NCBI GenBank assembly: GCA_963815115.1
Contig: CAWFFN010000008.1
Location: forward strand, 416,001 to 480,000
Source: an uncultured delta proteobacterium
GTDB lineage: Bacteria; Desulfobacterota; Binatia; DP-6
Reading direction: 5' to 3'
Length of the DNA stretch: 64,000 bases
The position numbers and the translations under genes were made by a program. The notes under the pieces were generated by a model. The model saw nothing but the letters and a program-made list of their open reading frames with translations, was not told where the DNA came from and did no database searches. Shown piece by piece: positions 1-9,217 of the stretch (the first letter of the stretch is position 1; each line of letters begins with the position of its first letter).

Positions 1-2
1 GG

Positions 3-608
3 CCGCCGAACTCCTTCCGACGCTTCGTGCGCCCGACCCGCGTCCAGGAGCTGGCCTGGCGCGCGGAGATCCTGGGCACGGCGGCGGTCCCCGGGCTGGC
101 CGCGTTCGATGCCCAGTTCGGCCCGCCGAAGACGGGGCTGCGCGACGTCTACCGCCAGGGGCTCGCCAAGGTCGACCAGGTCGCCCAGACCGCCGCGGGA
201 GCGCCGTTCGCCGCGCTCGACCCCGGCAAGCAGGACGCCGTGCTCGCCATGCTCGACGGCGGGGCCTTCATGCCCGATCCGCGGCGTGGCGGTCTCACCT
301 TCGTCGATCTCCTGATCCAGCACACGCTGGAGGGGTGCTTCTCGGCCCCGGAGTACGGTGGCAACCGCCGCCGGCAGGGGTGGGCAATGCTCGGCCTCGA
401 GGGCGACGATCAGCCCCTCGGCTACTCCATCTTCTCGCTCGCGACCGGCAGCTACGTCGAGCGTCCGGACCATCCCATGTCGACCCCGAACCCCGACGAG
501 CTGGCGCCCGACGGCAGCGTCGCTCCGCGCCCCCTCACCGCCGACGGCCGGTTCATCCAGAACTCCATCCTCTCCACGGCCGGGCTGTTCGCGAACGGCG
601 CCTGCTGA
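3..608 (+). CDS. Gluconate 2-dehydrogenase subunit 3 family protein (5' partial)
   Basis: Frame is open from the window start; FAALDPGKQDAVL and HTLEGCFSAPEYGGNR motifs are typical of the family; directly upstream of a GMC oxidoreductase. Confidence 0.75.
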   Translation, partial: PPNSFRRFVRPTRVQELAWRAEILGTAAVPGLAAFDAQFGPPKTGLRDVYRQGLAKVDQVAQTAAGAPFAALDPGKQDAVLAMLDGGAFMPDPRRGGLTFVDLLIQHTLEGCFSAPEYGGNRRRQGWAMLGLEGDDQPLGYSIFSLATGSYVERPDHPMSTPNPDELAPDGSVAPRPLTADGRFIQNSILSTAGLFANGAC

Positions 609-609
609 C

Positions 610-2433
610 ATGAAGCGTCGCAAGGCGGACGATCGGGTCCTCGGCGCGCGCGGTCTGTCGCGCTTCGACTTCTGCATCATCGGCAGCGGCGCCGGCGGCT
701 CCACCGCGGCGCACGTCCTGACCGCCGCCGGCAAGAGCGTCCTGATCCTCGAAGCCGGCCCGAACGCCTATCCCGGCCTCGATCACCCGAAGAAGCTGGC
801 GCTCCCCCTGCACTCGAACGACGAGCTCAAGTACTCGGTGCGCGGCTTCATCGATCAGCAGGGCGATCTGGAGCCGCGCACCTTCCGCCAGCGGGCAACC
901 GACGCCGCGACCGTGCGCGCCAGCGTGAACGCGCTCCCCAAGGCGGTCGGGGGCGCCTTCCAGCACGCCGACTGCAAGACGCCGCGGTTCAACGCCGTCG
1001 ACTTCCGGCTGAAGAGCACCATGGAGACGTTGATCGCCGCCACGCCAGGGCTCTCCGTGCCCGGCTTCGGCGCCGATGCGGGCAGCGCCAACTTCGCCGA
1101 CTGGCCGTTCGCGTACGACGACCTCGAGCCGTTCTACAGCGAGGTCGAGCGGCTCTACGGCGTGCAGGGCGACCCGACCGACAATCCGTTCGCGTCGCCG
1201 CGCAGCCGGCCGTATCCGATGCCGCCCGGCGTGCCGATGTACTTCGCGCTCCGCCTGGCGGACGGCGCACGCGCCACGAGCTTCGTCGGCGGCCCGCTCC
1301 ATCCCCACACCTATCCCGCGGCGATCGCCTCGCGCTTCACCGACGATGGACGCCCGCCGTGCGTCGACTGCGGGCTGTGCAGCGGCTTCGGGTGTCCGAA
1401 CAACTCGAAGGGCGCACCGCCGGTGACGACCTTGCGGCGGGCGCTCCTCTCGGGCCGGTGCCAGCTGCGCTACGAGGCGCAGGTGATCCGGCTGGTGAGC
1501 TCGGGGCGGACGGTCACCGGCGTGCAGTACGTCGACGCCGATGGCGCACCGCAGACCGCCACGGCCAGCGCCTTCATCCTCGCCGCCAGCCCGATCGAAT
1601 CGGCGCGCCTGTGCCTGCTCTCCGGCAACCTCGGCAACTCGAGTGGCCAGGTCGGGCGGAACCTCATGTTCCACTTCCAGACCAACGTGAACGGCTTCCT
1701 GCCGGAGCGCGTGCACGGCCAGCGCGGCCGCGCGGTCACCCACGGCATCTCGGACTTCCGCGGCGTCGAGCCCGGCGGCGCGGCCATCCGCGTGGTGCGG
1801 GACGCCGACGGCCCGCACGTCTACATGGGCGGCATCTGCGAGTTCAGCGCGTCGCAGGGACTGCCCATCACCGAGGACGGCGAGGTCTACGCCATCCAGC
1901 TCCCGCCCGGCCTCGGCCGCCGCTCCGGCACCGGGCTCAAGAACGCGCTCCGCGACGGCGCTCTCGGCCAGCATCTCTTCGGCCTCACCATGCAGGCCGA
2001 GGACGCCCCGCAGCTCGGCAACATGGTCGACCTCGATCCCGCCATCCGCGACTTCTTCGGCCAGCCCGTCCCGCGCGTGACGTACGCGCAGCACGCGTAC
2101 GAGAAGAGCTCCCGCATCTTCTACGTGCCGTTCCTGCGCCAGGTGGTCCTGAACGCCGGCGCCACCGCCGCCTCCGCGTTCGTCAACCCGTGCGACGCGA
2201 CGTTCGGCGATCCGCCCTCCAGCGCGCACGTGATGGGGACGCTGCGCATGGGCAGCGACGCGGCGACCTCCGTGGTGAACGCCGGGGGACGCTTCCACGA
2301 CGTCGACAACCTCTTCGCCTGCGACGGCAGCGTGTTCCCGACCGCCTCGGGATACAATCCGACCCTCACCATCTTCGCCGTGGCCGCGAAGATCGCACAC
2401 GGCGTCGCCGGCACCTCGCCCGCCGTCGGCTGA
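610..2433 (+). CDS. GMC family oxidoreductase (FAD)
   Basis: GSGAGG dinucleotide motif, CxxCxxCxxxGC, VGRNLMFH, HVMGTLRMG, DGSVFPT..NPTLTI; ATG at 610, 1 nt after the upstream stop. Confidence 0.9.
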   Translation: MKRRKADDRVLGARGLSRFDFCIIGSGAGGSTAAHVLTAAGKSVLILEAGPNAYPGLDHPKKLALPLHSNDELKYSVRGFIDQQGDLEPRTFRQRATDAATVRASVNALPKAVGGAFQHADCKTPRFNAVDFRLKSTMETLIAATPGLSVPGFGADAGSANFADWPFAYDDLEPFYSEVERLYGVQGDPTDNPFASPRSRPYPMPPGVPMYFALRLADGARATSFVGGPLHPHTYPAAIASRFTDDGRPPCVDCGLCSGFGCPNNSKGAPPVTTLRRALLSGRCQLRYEAQVIRLVSSGRTVTGVQYVDADGAPQTATASAFILAASPIESARLCLLSGNLGNSSGQVGRNLMFHFQTNVNGFLPERVHGQRGRAVTHGISDFRGVEPGGAAIRVVRDADGPHVYMGGICEFSASQGLPITEDGEVYAIQLPPGLGRRSGTGLKNALRDGALGQHLFGLTMQAEDAPQLGNMVDLDPAIRDFFGQPVPRVTYAQHAYEKSSRIFYVPFLRQVVLNAGATAASAFVNPCDATFGDPPSSAHVMGTLRMGSDAATSVVNAGGRFHDVDNLFACDGSVFPTASGYNPTLTIFAVAAKIAHGVAGTSPAVG

Positions 2434-2479
2434 TCCGGACCGGTTGGGCTGGGCTGACCCCCCAGCTATGATGCCAGCC

Positions 2480-4480
2480 GTGGAAGCGGCCTTCCTCGAC
2501 GTACGCCGGCATGGCTTCGCGCGCGTCGCGGTGTGCGTGCCCGAGGTGCGTGTCGCCGATCCGGCGTTCAACGCGGAGGCCCACGTGCGCGCCCTGGCCG
2601 GCCTCCACGACGCGGGCGCCCAGTATGCCGTGTGTCCGGAGCTGGGCGTGTCGGCGTACTCCTGCGGCGATCTCTTCTTCCAGGAGCCCCTGCTGCGCGG
2701 CGTGCTGGACGGGCTCGAGCACCTGGCGCGCGCGACGGCGGGATGGGATCTCCTGATCTCGGTCGGCGCTCCGCTGCTCGTCGACGGCAGCCTCTACAAC
2801 TGCGCAGTCACGCTGCACGGCGGGCGGGTCGTCGCCGTGGCGGCCAAGGCGTACCCGCCCGGCTACCGCGAGTTCTACGAGCCTCGCTGGTTCCAGCCCG
2901 CGGCCGCGGCACGCTCGGACGCCATCGAGCTGCTCGGGCGCCGGGTTCCGTTCGGGACCGACGTCCTGATCACCCTGCCCCACGTGGACGGCTTCGCGCT
3001 CCACACCGAGGTGTGCGAGGACCTCTGGACGCCGGTGCCGCCGAGCGCCCTCGCCGCGCTCTCCGGCGCCACCGTGCTCGCGAACCTGTCGGCCTCGAAC
3101 GTCACGGTCGGCAAGTGGGAGTACCGCCGTGACCTCGTCCGCATGTCGGCGGCGAAGAATCTCGCCGTCCAGCTCTACAGCGCCGCGGGATTCGGCGAGT
3201 CGAGCGCCGACCTGGCCTGGGACGGACACGGGCTGGTGGCCGACCGCGGCGAGCTGGTGGCGGAGACGGAGCGCTTCGCGCTGGCGGGCTCCACGGCGCT
3301 GGCCGACGTCGACCTGGCGGCGCTGCTGGCCGACCGCATGCGGCAGAACTCCTTCGGGCAGAATGCCGCGCAGCACGGGCGTTCCCTGCGGCGCGTGGTC
3401 CTCGAGCCCGTGGCCGATCGGCGCGGCGCGGCCGTCTATCACTCGCTGCGCCGCCACGTCGACCCGCTCCCGTTCGTGCCCGCCGATCCCGCCCGGCGCG
3501 ACCATCGCTGCCGCGAGATCTTCCTCATCAAGGCGACGGCGCTGGCCCAGCGCCTGCGCACGCTGCCGGCGGACGGACGCCGCGTCGTGCTCGGCGTCTC
3601 GGGGGGACGGGATTCGACCCAGGCGTTGCTGGTCGCGGTGCACGCCATGGACCTCCTCGGCCTGCCGCGCGGCGACGTGATCGGGGTCACCATGCCGGGG
3701 CTGGGGACGTCGACGCGGACGTACACCAACGCGTGCGCGCTGGTCCGAGCGCTCGGCGCGACGCTGCGCGAGATCGGCATCCGCGAGCTGTCCCACTCCA
3801 TGTTCGCCGCCATCGACCACGACGACAGCGTCGAGGACGTCACCTTCGAGAACGTCCAGGCCTGGACCAGGAAGATGATCCTCTTCTCGGTCGCGTCCCA
3901 GGTGCGGGGGATCGACCTCGGCACCGGCGACCTGTCCGAGCTGGCGCTCGGCTTTGCCACCTACGGCGGCGATCACATGTCGCACTACTCGGCCAACGCC
4001 GGGGTGCCGAAGACGCTCGTGTCCGAGCTCATCCGCTGGGCCGCGGACGCCGTCTTCCGCGACGAGCCGGCCGTCGCGGCGGCGCTCCGCGAGGTGCTCG
4101 ACACGCCGATCAGCCCCGAGCTGCTGCGACCGGGCCCGGCCGGCGAGATCCGCCAGCGCTCCGAGGACCTCGTCGGCCCCTACGAGCTGCACGACTTCTT
4201 CCTCTACCACCTGCTGCGCTTCGGCTTCGGCCCCCGGCGGATCGCCCGCCTCGCGCTGGCGGCCTTCGACGGCCGTTACTCGATCGGCGACATCCGGCGC
4301 TGGCTGCTCGTCTTCCTGCGCCGCTTCTTCGCCAACCAGTTCAAGCGCGACTGCGTTCCCGACGCACCGAAGGTGGGCTCCGGAGGGTCGCTCTCGCCGC
4401 GCGGCGACTGGCGCATGCCGGCGGACGCTTCGCCCGCCGCGTGGCTGGCGGAGGCCGAAGCAGTCCCGGAGGCTCTCTAG
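2480..4480 (+). CDS. nadE: Glutamine-dependent NAD(+) synthetase
   Basis: Nitrilase-like N-domain (PEL, EVCEDLW) plus GVSGGRDS, FENVQA, GTGDLSELALG, PISPEL, NQFKR. Start is GTG 2480 (7 nt after TATGAT) or ATG 2468/2471. Confidence 0.93.
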   Translation: MEAAFLDVRRHGFARVAVCVPEVRVADPAFNAEAHVRALAGLHDAGAQYAVCPELGVSAYSCGDLFFQEPLLRGVLDGLEHLARATAGWDLLISVGAPLLVDGSLYNCAVTLHGGRVVAVAAKAYPPGYREFYEPRWFQPAAAARSDAIELLGRRVPFGTDVLITLPHVDGFALHTEVCEDLWTPVPPSALAALSGATVLANLSASNVTVGKWEYRRDLVRMSAAKNLAVQLYSAAGFGESSADLAWDGHGLVADRGELVAETERFALAGSTALADVDLAALLADRMRQNSFGQNAAQHGRSLRRVVLEPVADRRGAAVYHSLRRHVDPLPFVPADPARRDHRCREIFLIKATALAQRLRTLPADGRRVVLGVSGGRDSTQALLVAVHAMDLLGLPRGDVIGVTMPGLGTSTRTYTNACALVRALGATLREIGIRELSHSMFAAIDHDDSVEDVTFENVQAWTRKMILFSVASQVRGIDLGTGDLSELALGFATYGGDHMSHYSANAGVPKTLVSELIRWAADAVFRDEPAVAAALREVLDTPISPELLRPGPAGEIRQRSEDLVGPYELHDFFLYHLLRFGFGPRRIARLALAAFDGRYSIGDIRRWLLVFLRRFFANQFKRDCVPDAPKVGSGGSLSPRGDWRMPADASPAAWLAEAEAVPEAL

Positions 4481-4496
4481 CGCCGCCGGCGGCGCT
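4479..4496. repeat. Perfect 18-bp palindrome between convergent stop codons
   Basis: AGCGCCGCCGGCGGCGCT is its own reverse complement; possible bidirectional terminator or pause site. Confidence 0.45.
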
Positions 4497-6034
4497 CATC
4501 GATCCGCGTTCGGCCCGGCGTCGTTGCGCACGCACAGGCCGTCCGCCTCGCAGCGGTACTGGCGCTCGATGTAGGCGGCGATCGGGTCGTTCGCCACGCT
4601 GGGCGGCCGGAGCAGGAAGAAGGCGTAGCGCGGGCGCCGGCGCTCCAGAGCCTCGATGACGCCTCGTTGCTCCTCGTCGCTCTGATAGCCCGGGAAGATG
4701 AGGTCGTGCCGGGTCGGGTTGTTCGCGCCGGCCAGGAGATAGAGCCAGCCGCCCACCGGGTAGACGAAGAGCTCGCGTCCGGGCGTGTCGTCCAGCACTC
4801 GTCGCACCCGGTCGACCGCGGCGACCTCCTTGTCCGACGCCAGATCGACCCGTCCGAACGCCGTGTCGTGCGAGAAGCGGAAGTCGGCGCGGGCCCGGCT
4901 CCAGTTGCGATGGAGCTGGAGGCCACACGCTACCGCGAGGACGGCCGCGACCGCCCCGCCCGTCCAGACCGCTCGCGGGGCAACCGCGCGCAGCAGCGAT
5001 TGGAGGATCTCCGCGGCGAGCACCAGCGCCACGGGCATGATGAAGGCGATGTGGATGTAGTCCGGTAAGTAGAGGATCGACACGGGCGAGACGACCCCGA
5101 AGACGAGCAGCACGAGCAACGTCTCGCCCCACTCCCGGTCATCGCCTCGGGCCCAGGCCACGATCGTCTGCGCCGCCACGACGGGGACGACGACGAGCGG
5201 GAGGTAGACGAGCAGCGGAAGGATGGTGAAGCGCGCGCTCAGGGCGAAGAAGCCGGTGCCCCACCCAGCGTGATTCACTTCCCGATAGCCGGTCAACGGG
5301 TGGACCACGAGCTGCCGGAAGACGGGCTCGATGCCAGCCTGCGCGAGGTGCACGCCGAGCAGCAGCAGGACGATCCCGGACGCGGTCGCGGCCAGGACGG
5401 CGAGCCGGCCGATCGCCGACGGGCCACCCTGCGCGCCCCAGCGACGATCGGCGAGCGCATCGGCGACGACGAGTGCCGTCAGGGCCGCCGCCATGGTGGC
5501 CCCGGTCGGCTGGCGGTCGAGGAACACGAGCCCGAGCAGCACGCCCTGCATCACCAGCCAGCCACGCCGGCGCGCGCGGCGCCGGTCGAGGGCGAGCAGG
5601 AAGAGCGCCATCACCAGGAGCGTGCCGAGCCAGTGCGGCGTCGCGTACGGCCAGACCGGCAGCGCGATTGCCGGGTGGAGGAGCGCCACCGCGGCCGCGA
5701 GGCTCCGCCCGACGCCGACCGCCCGGCAGCAGAGGTACACGAGCACCACGATGCCCGCCTGGACCACGGCGGCGGCGACGCGCGCCGTCGCCATCCCGGG
5801 CCCGAAGATCCGGAAGAGCAGCGCCATCCCGTCGATGTAGAGCGGGGTGATCAGCTCGGAGACGTCCCGGTAGAGCACCTCGCCGCGCAGCACGCGCACC
5901 GCGTGGTAGAGGTAGTACGCCTCGTCGGAGGCTCCCAGCACCCAGGGCATGACGAGCACGTAGGCGATCGTGCCCGCGGCGAGGAGAAGGCACGCCGCGG
6001 CGTCGCGGCGGTCGAGCGCGCCGTCCCTCGTCAC
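4496..6034 (-). CDS. GT-C-fold (ArnT/PMT-like) polytopic membrane glycosyltransferase-like protein
   Basis: Many TM segments; DE motif (ASDEAYY..RVLRGEVLYRD..P) in first external loop; C-terminal soluble domain; GTG start at 6034. Confidence 0.65.
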   Translation of the reverse strand: MTRDGALDRRDAAACLLLAAGTIAYVLVMPWVLGASDEAYYLYHAVRVLRGEVLYRDVSELITPLYIDGMALLFRIFGPGMATARVAAAVVQAGIVVLVYLCCRAVGVGRSLAAAVALLHPAIALPVWPYATPHWLGTLLVMALFLLALDRRRARRRGWLVMQGVLLGLVFLDRQPTGATMAAALTALVVADALADRRWGAQGGPSAIGRLAVLAATASGIVLLLLGVHLAQAGIEPVFRQLVVHPLTGYREVNHAGWGTGFFALSARFTILPLLVYLPLVVVPVVAAQTIVAWARGDDREWGETLLVLLVFGVVSPVSILYLPDYIHIAFIMPVALVLAAEILQSLLRAVAPRAVWTGGAVAAVLAVACGLQLHRNWSRARADFRFSHDTAFGRVDLASDKEVAAVDRVRRVLDDTPGRELFVYPVGGWLYLLAGANNPTRHDLIFPGYQSDEEQRGVIEALERRRPRYAFFLLRPPSVANDPIAAYIERQYRCEADGLCVRNDAGPNADR

Positions 6035-6120
6035 GGCACGCCAACGCCTGCCGCGGCGGCTTCGCCGCCCGCGGCACGCCGTCCGCACGGTGCATCACGT
6101 CTCATGCTCGCTCTCCGTCC

Positions 6121-6145
6121 CGACCCGAGACGGGGTCTCGGGTCG
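6121..6145. repeat. Intergenic hairpin (11-bp perfect stem)
   Basis: CGACCCGAGAC-GGG-GTCTCGGGTCG; a second imperfect hairpin lies at about 6049-6076. Confidence 0.55.
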
Positions 6146-6152
6146 CGCCCTC

Positions 6153-6458
6153 CTAGCCAGAGCACACGAGGTAGACGATCGTGTAGGGCACACGCGACGT
6201 GTCGTGCCGGACGTCGGAGCGGAAGCGGCGCGCGGCCAGCACCCGGTACGCCTGCTCGGTCCGGACGTCGGCTCCGCGGTCCCGGGCCAGGAGATAGCGC
6301 GCCATGCGCGACTGTCCCGCGGCGTAGCAGCCGTCGGCGGCGATCAGGCGGCCGCCGGGGGCGAGGGCGGTGCGCGGTGCGCGCCAGCACGAAGCACTCG
6401 TCCGCCGGGCAGCTCGAGGATGCGGCGGGGGTCGGCACGCGAGGCCGGCCGCACTCAT
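6153..6458 (-). pseudogene. Truncated class I SAM-dependent methyltransferase remnant
   Basis: C-terminal part only (LAPGGRLIAADG..ARYLLARDRG..VRHD..PYT); SAM motif I missing; 7-bp tandem duplication GCGGTGC at 6367-6380 shifts the frame. Confidence 0.55.
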
Positions 6459-7279
6459 TCCCCCGGCTTGCGGCCGATGGCGCTCCAGCTGTAGCCGCGG
6501 CGGTGATGCAGGCGGACGTCGGCGAACCCGCTCGCGACGAGGAGCTGCTCGGCCTCCGCACGGGAGTGGTAGCGGGCGTGGGTGGGGTTGAGCTGATCGT
6601 AGATCACGAGGCGACGCTTCTCGGGCGTGAAGCGCGCGAGCACGTTGGTGAGATAGTCGCGCAGCGGAAGCGGGAGGACGCGGCAGAGACGCATGTAGAT
6701 CGCGAGCGGCACGTCGAGCACGCGTACCAGCGCCGCCAGCGCGGCGTGCGGGACGACCCGTCCGACTCCCCGCAGGGTTGCGAGGAGGGCGCGGTAGACG
6801 GCCGTGCCCTCCCGGGCATAGAGCCACACGAAGAACCGGCCGCCCGGGGCGAGGGCCGCGAAGGCGGCATCGACCACGGGCTTCGGATCCGGGATGAACT
6901 GCAGGACCCCGACCGAGACGATGATGTCGAGGGGAGGCTCGGGAGGGAGCTCCGCCCCGCGCGCGTGCAGGAACGACACGCGATCGCCGTAGCGCGCGAG
7001 GTTGCGCTGCGCGACGAAGTGACCGTCCGACGGCTCGACCGCGAGCACGTGCGCCGCGCCGCACTCGAGCATCATGGCGACGATGCGCCCCGCGCCGCTG
7101 CCGATCTCCGCCACGCGCCGGCCGGCGAAGTCGGCCGGGGTGAGCAGCGGCGCCACGATGTCGGCGAACAGCTCCGGCGAGCCGTAGAACCCGTCGCTGT
7201 CGCCATAGTGCGTCCACTGCTCGCCGAAATCCCGGATCGTGCGCTCTTCGAGCGCTCTCGTGGAGCCGGTGGCCACCAT
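6455..7279 (-). CDS. Class I SAM-dependent methyltransferase
   Basis: RVAEIGSGAGR motif I, GVLQFI, LAPGGRF; ATG overlaps the upstream stop (TGATG). Confidence 0.85.
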   Translation of the reverse strand: MVATGSTRALEERTIRDFGEQWTHYGDSDGFYGSPELFADIVAPLLTPADFAGRRVAEIGSGAGRIVAMMLECGAAHVLAVEPSDGHFVAQRNLARYGDRVSFLHARGAELPPEPPLDIIVSVGVLQFIPDPKPVVDAAFAALAPGGRFFVWLYAREGTAVYRALLATLRGVGRVVPHAALAALVRVLDVPLAIYMRLCRVLPLPLRDYLTNVLARFTPEKRRLVIYDQLNPTHARYHSRAEAEQLLVASGFADVRLHHRRGYSWSAIGRKPGE

Positions 7280-7983
7280 CAGCGTGCTCTGGTGCCGACC
7301 GTCACGTACTGCCCCCCGACCGGGAGCCGACCCAGGAGGCGCTCGAGCCGCCACAGCGGGCGGAGGCTCGGTGGGAAGAAGAGGATGTACTCGGTGCGAC
7401 ACGCGACGGCGCCCGCCTGGCGCAGCAGCCGGGCGCATTCCGCCGACTGGAGCAGCACCGCGTTGGCGTCGATGGGAGTGCGCGCGACCATCCAGCGGGT
7501 GATCGGGTTCCGCGGGTTGTGCTCGAAGAGCACCACGGCGCCACCCGGACGGACGACGCGCATCATCTCGCGCACGTTGCCCAGCCGCTCGGCCGGTGCG
7601 ACGTGATGCAGGACGCAGACGGCGGTCGCCAGATCGAACTCGCCGTCGGCGAACGGCAGCGACCCCGGACCCACGGCATGCAGCGCCGGGGGCGTCCCGG
7701 CGTCCCATCGCCGGCGCGCCTCCTCGAGCATCCCGCTCGCCACGTCGCAGCCGACGAGCTCGAGGGGGGCGCCAAGCCGCCGGAGCGCGCGCAGGAAGCC
7801 GGCGGTGCCGCAGCCGAAGTCGAGCAGCCTCCCGGCGACGGCGACGTTGCGCAGCAGCCACGCGGCCTTGTGCTCCAGGAAGGTGTCGGCGCTCCCGCCG
7901 ACGATCCGCTTCACCGGATCGCTCATGCCGGCATCGTAGCCGGGCGCGAAGGCGTCGAACTCAGCGGGACGATGCGTGGGCAT
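7279..7983 (-). CDS. Class I SAM-dependent methyltransferase
   Basis: LLDFGCGTA, FDLA..VLHHV, VRPGG, FEHNPRNP. Confidence 0.85.
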   Translation of the reverse strand: MPTHRPAEFDAFAPGYDAGMSDPVKRIVGGSADTFLEHKAAWLLRNVAVAGRLLDFGCGTAGFLRALRRLGAPLELVGCDVASGMLEEARRRWDAGTPPALHAVGPGSLPFADGEFDLATAVCVLHHVAPAERLGNVREMMRVVRPGGAVVLFEHNPRNPITRWMVARTPIDANAVLLQSAECARLLRQAGAVACRTEYILFFPPSLRPLWRLERLLGRLPVGGQYVTVGTRAR

Positions 7984-8935
7984 GCGACTCGGTGACGTCG
8001 ATCCGCTCGCGGATCAGGAATGGCGGGCGATTCTTCGACTGCTCGTAGATGCGGCCGACGTACTCGCCCATGATGCCGAGGCAGAAGAGGTTCAAGCAGC
8101 CGAAGGTGATGATCGACACCTGCATCGCCATCCAGCCGCGCGGCATGGCAACGTCATGGGTGTACCACTGGACGAAGGCGATCAGGACGTACACCACGAA
8201 GGGGATCGTGCTCAGCACGCCCACCCAGTAGAACAGGCGCAGCGGGAACGTGCTGAAGGAGACGATCCCGCCGACGGCGAGCCGTACCATCCGGAAGAGG
8301 GAGTACTTCGTCCGGCCGGCGGGGCGCGGCTGGCGACGGTACTCCACCACCGCGGTGCGGTAGCCGAGCCACCCGACCATGCCCCGGATGTAGCGGTGGA
8401 CCTCGTGCAGCGCATTGAGGGCGTCCACCGCCCGCCGGCTCATGAGGCGGAAGTCGCCGGCGTCGCGCGGCGCATTGGTCTCGCCGATCCGCCGGAACAT
8501 CCGGTAGAAGGCGTCCGCCGACCAGCGCTTGAACCAGCCCTCGCCCTGGCGCTGCGTGCGCACGGCGTAGACCACGTCCGCGCCACCCCGCCAGGCGTCG
8601 AGCAGGTCGAGGACGACGTCGGGCGGATCCTGCAGGTCGGCGTCGAGGGTGACGACCGCGTCGCCCCGCGCAAGCTGGTAGCCACACGTCAGCGCCGCCT
8701 GATGACCGAAGTTGCGGCTGAACGAGATGGCCCGAACACGCGGATCGGCCTGGGCGAAGTCGAGGATCGCGAGCCAGCTGCGGTCGGAGCTGCCGTCGTC
8801 CACCAGCAGGGCCTCGACGCTCAGGCCGCGCTCCCGCTCGATGCGGTCGGCGACCCGCACCAGCTCCTCGCGCAGGAGCGGGAGGCATTCCTCTTCGTTG
8901 AAGATGGGGACGACGAGCGAGACCAGCTCGGGCAT
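7961..8935 (-). CDS. GT2 polyprenol-phosphate glycosyltransferase (GtrB/ArnC-like)
   Basis: VVPIFNEEE, VDDGSSD, SRNFGHQAA, DADLQDPP, GDFRLM, two C-terminal TMs, GEYVGRIY..RP. Confidence 0.9.
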   Translation of the reverse strand: MPELVSLVVPIFNEEECLPLLREELVRVADRIERERGLSVEALLVDDGSSDRSWLAILDFAQADPRVRAISFSRNFGHQAALTCGYQLARGDAVVTLDADLQDPPDVVLDLLDAWRGGADVVYAVRTQRQGEGWFKRWSADAFYRMFRRIGETNAPRDAGDFRLMSRRAVDALNALHEVHRYIRGMVGWLGYRTAVVEYRRQPRPAGRTKYSLFRMVRLAVGGIVSFSTFPLRLFYWVGVLSTIPFVVYVLIAFVQWYTHDVAMPRGWMAMQVSIITFGCLNLFCLGIMGEYVGRIYEQSKNRPPFLIRERIDVTESHAHASSR

Positions 8936-8959
8936 CGGTAGCGGCCTCCCGCGACCGCC

Positions 8960-9178
8960 TCAGCCACCGCGAAAGACGATCAGCCCGTGGCTCGGATCGT
9001 AGGGAGACACCGCGATGGTGACGCGGTCTCCGGGGATCACCCGGATGTGGTACCGCCGCATGCGGCCGCCGATCTTGGCGAGGAACTCCATGCCGTTGTC
9101 GCCCTTCACACGGTAGTTCCCGCCGGCGAGCGCCTCGACGATGGTACCTTTTATCTGGATGAGATCATCGCGAGCCAA
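8960..9178 (-). CDS. infA: Translation initiation factor IF-1
   Basis: 72 aa S1/OB fold: GTIVEAL..GRMRRYHIRVIPGDRV..SPYD..GLIVFR; TTG start with AGGAG SD upstream. Confidence 0.93.
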   Translation of the reverse strand: MARDDLIQIKGTIVEALAGGNYRVKGDNGMEFLAKIGGRMRRYHIRVIPGDRVTIAVSPYDPSHGLIVFRGG

Positions 9179-9217
9179 GGGCGCTCCTGGTAACACAGGG
9201 CCGGAAGCGGGGCAACG

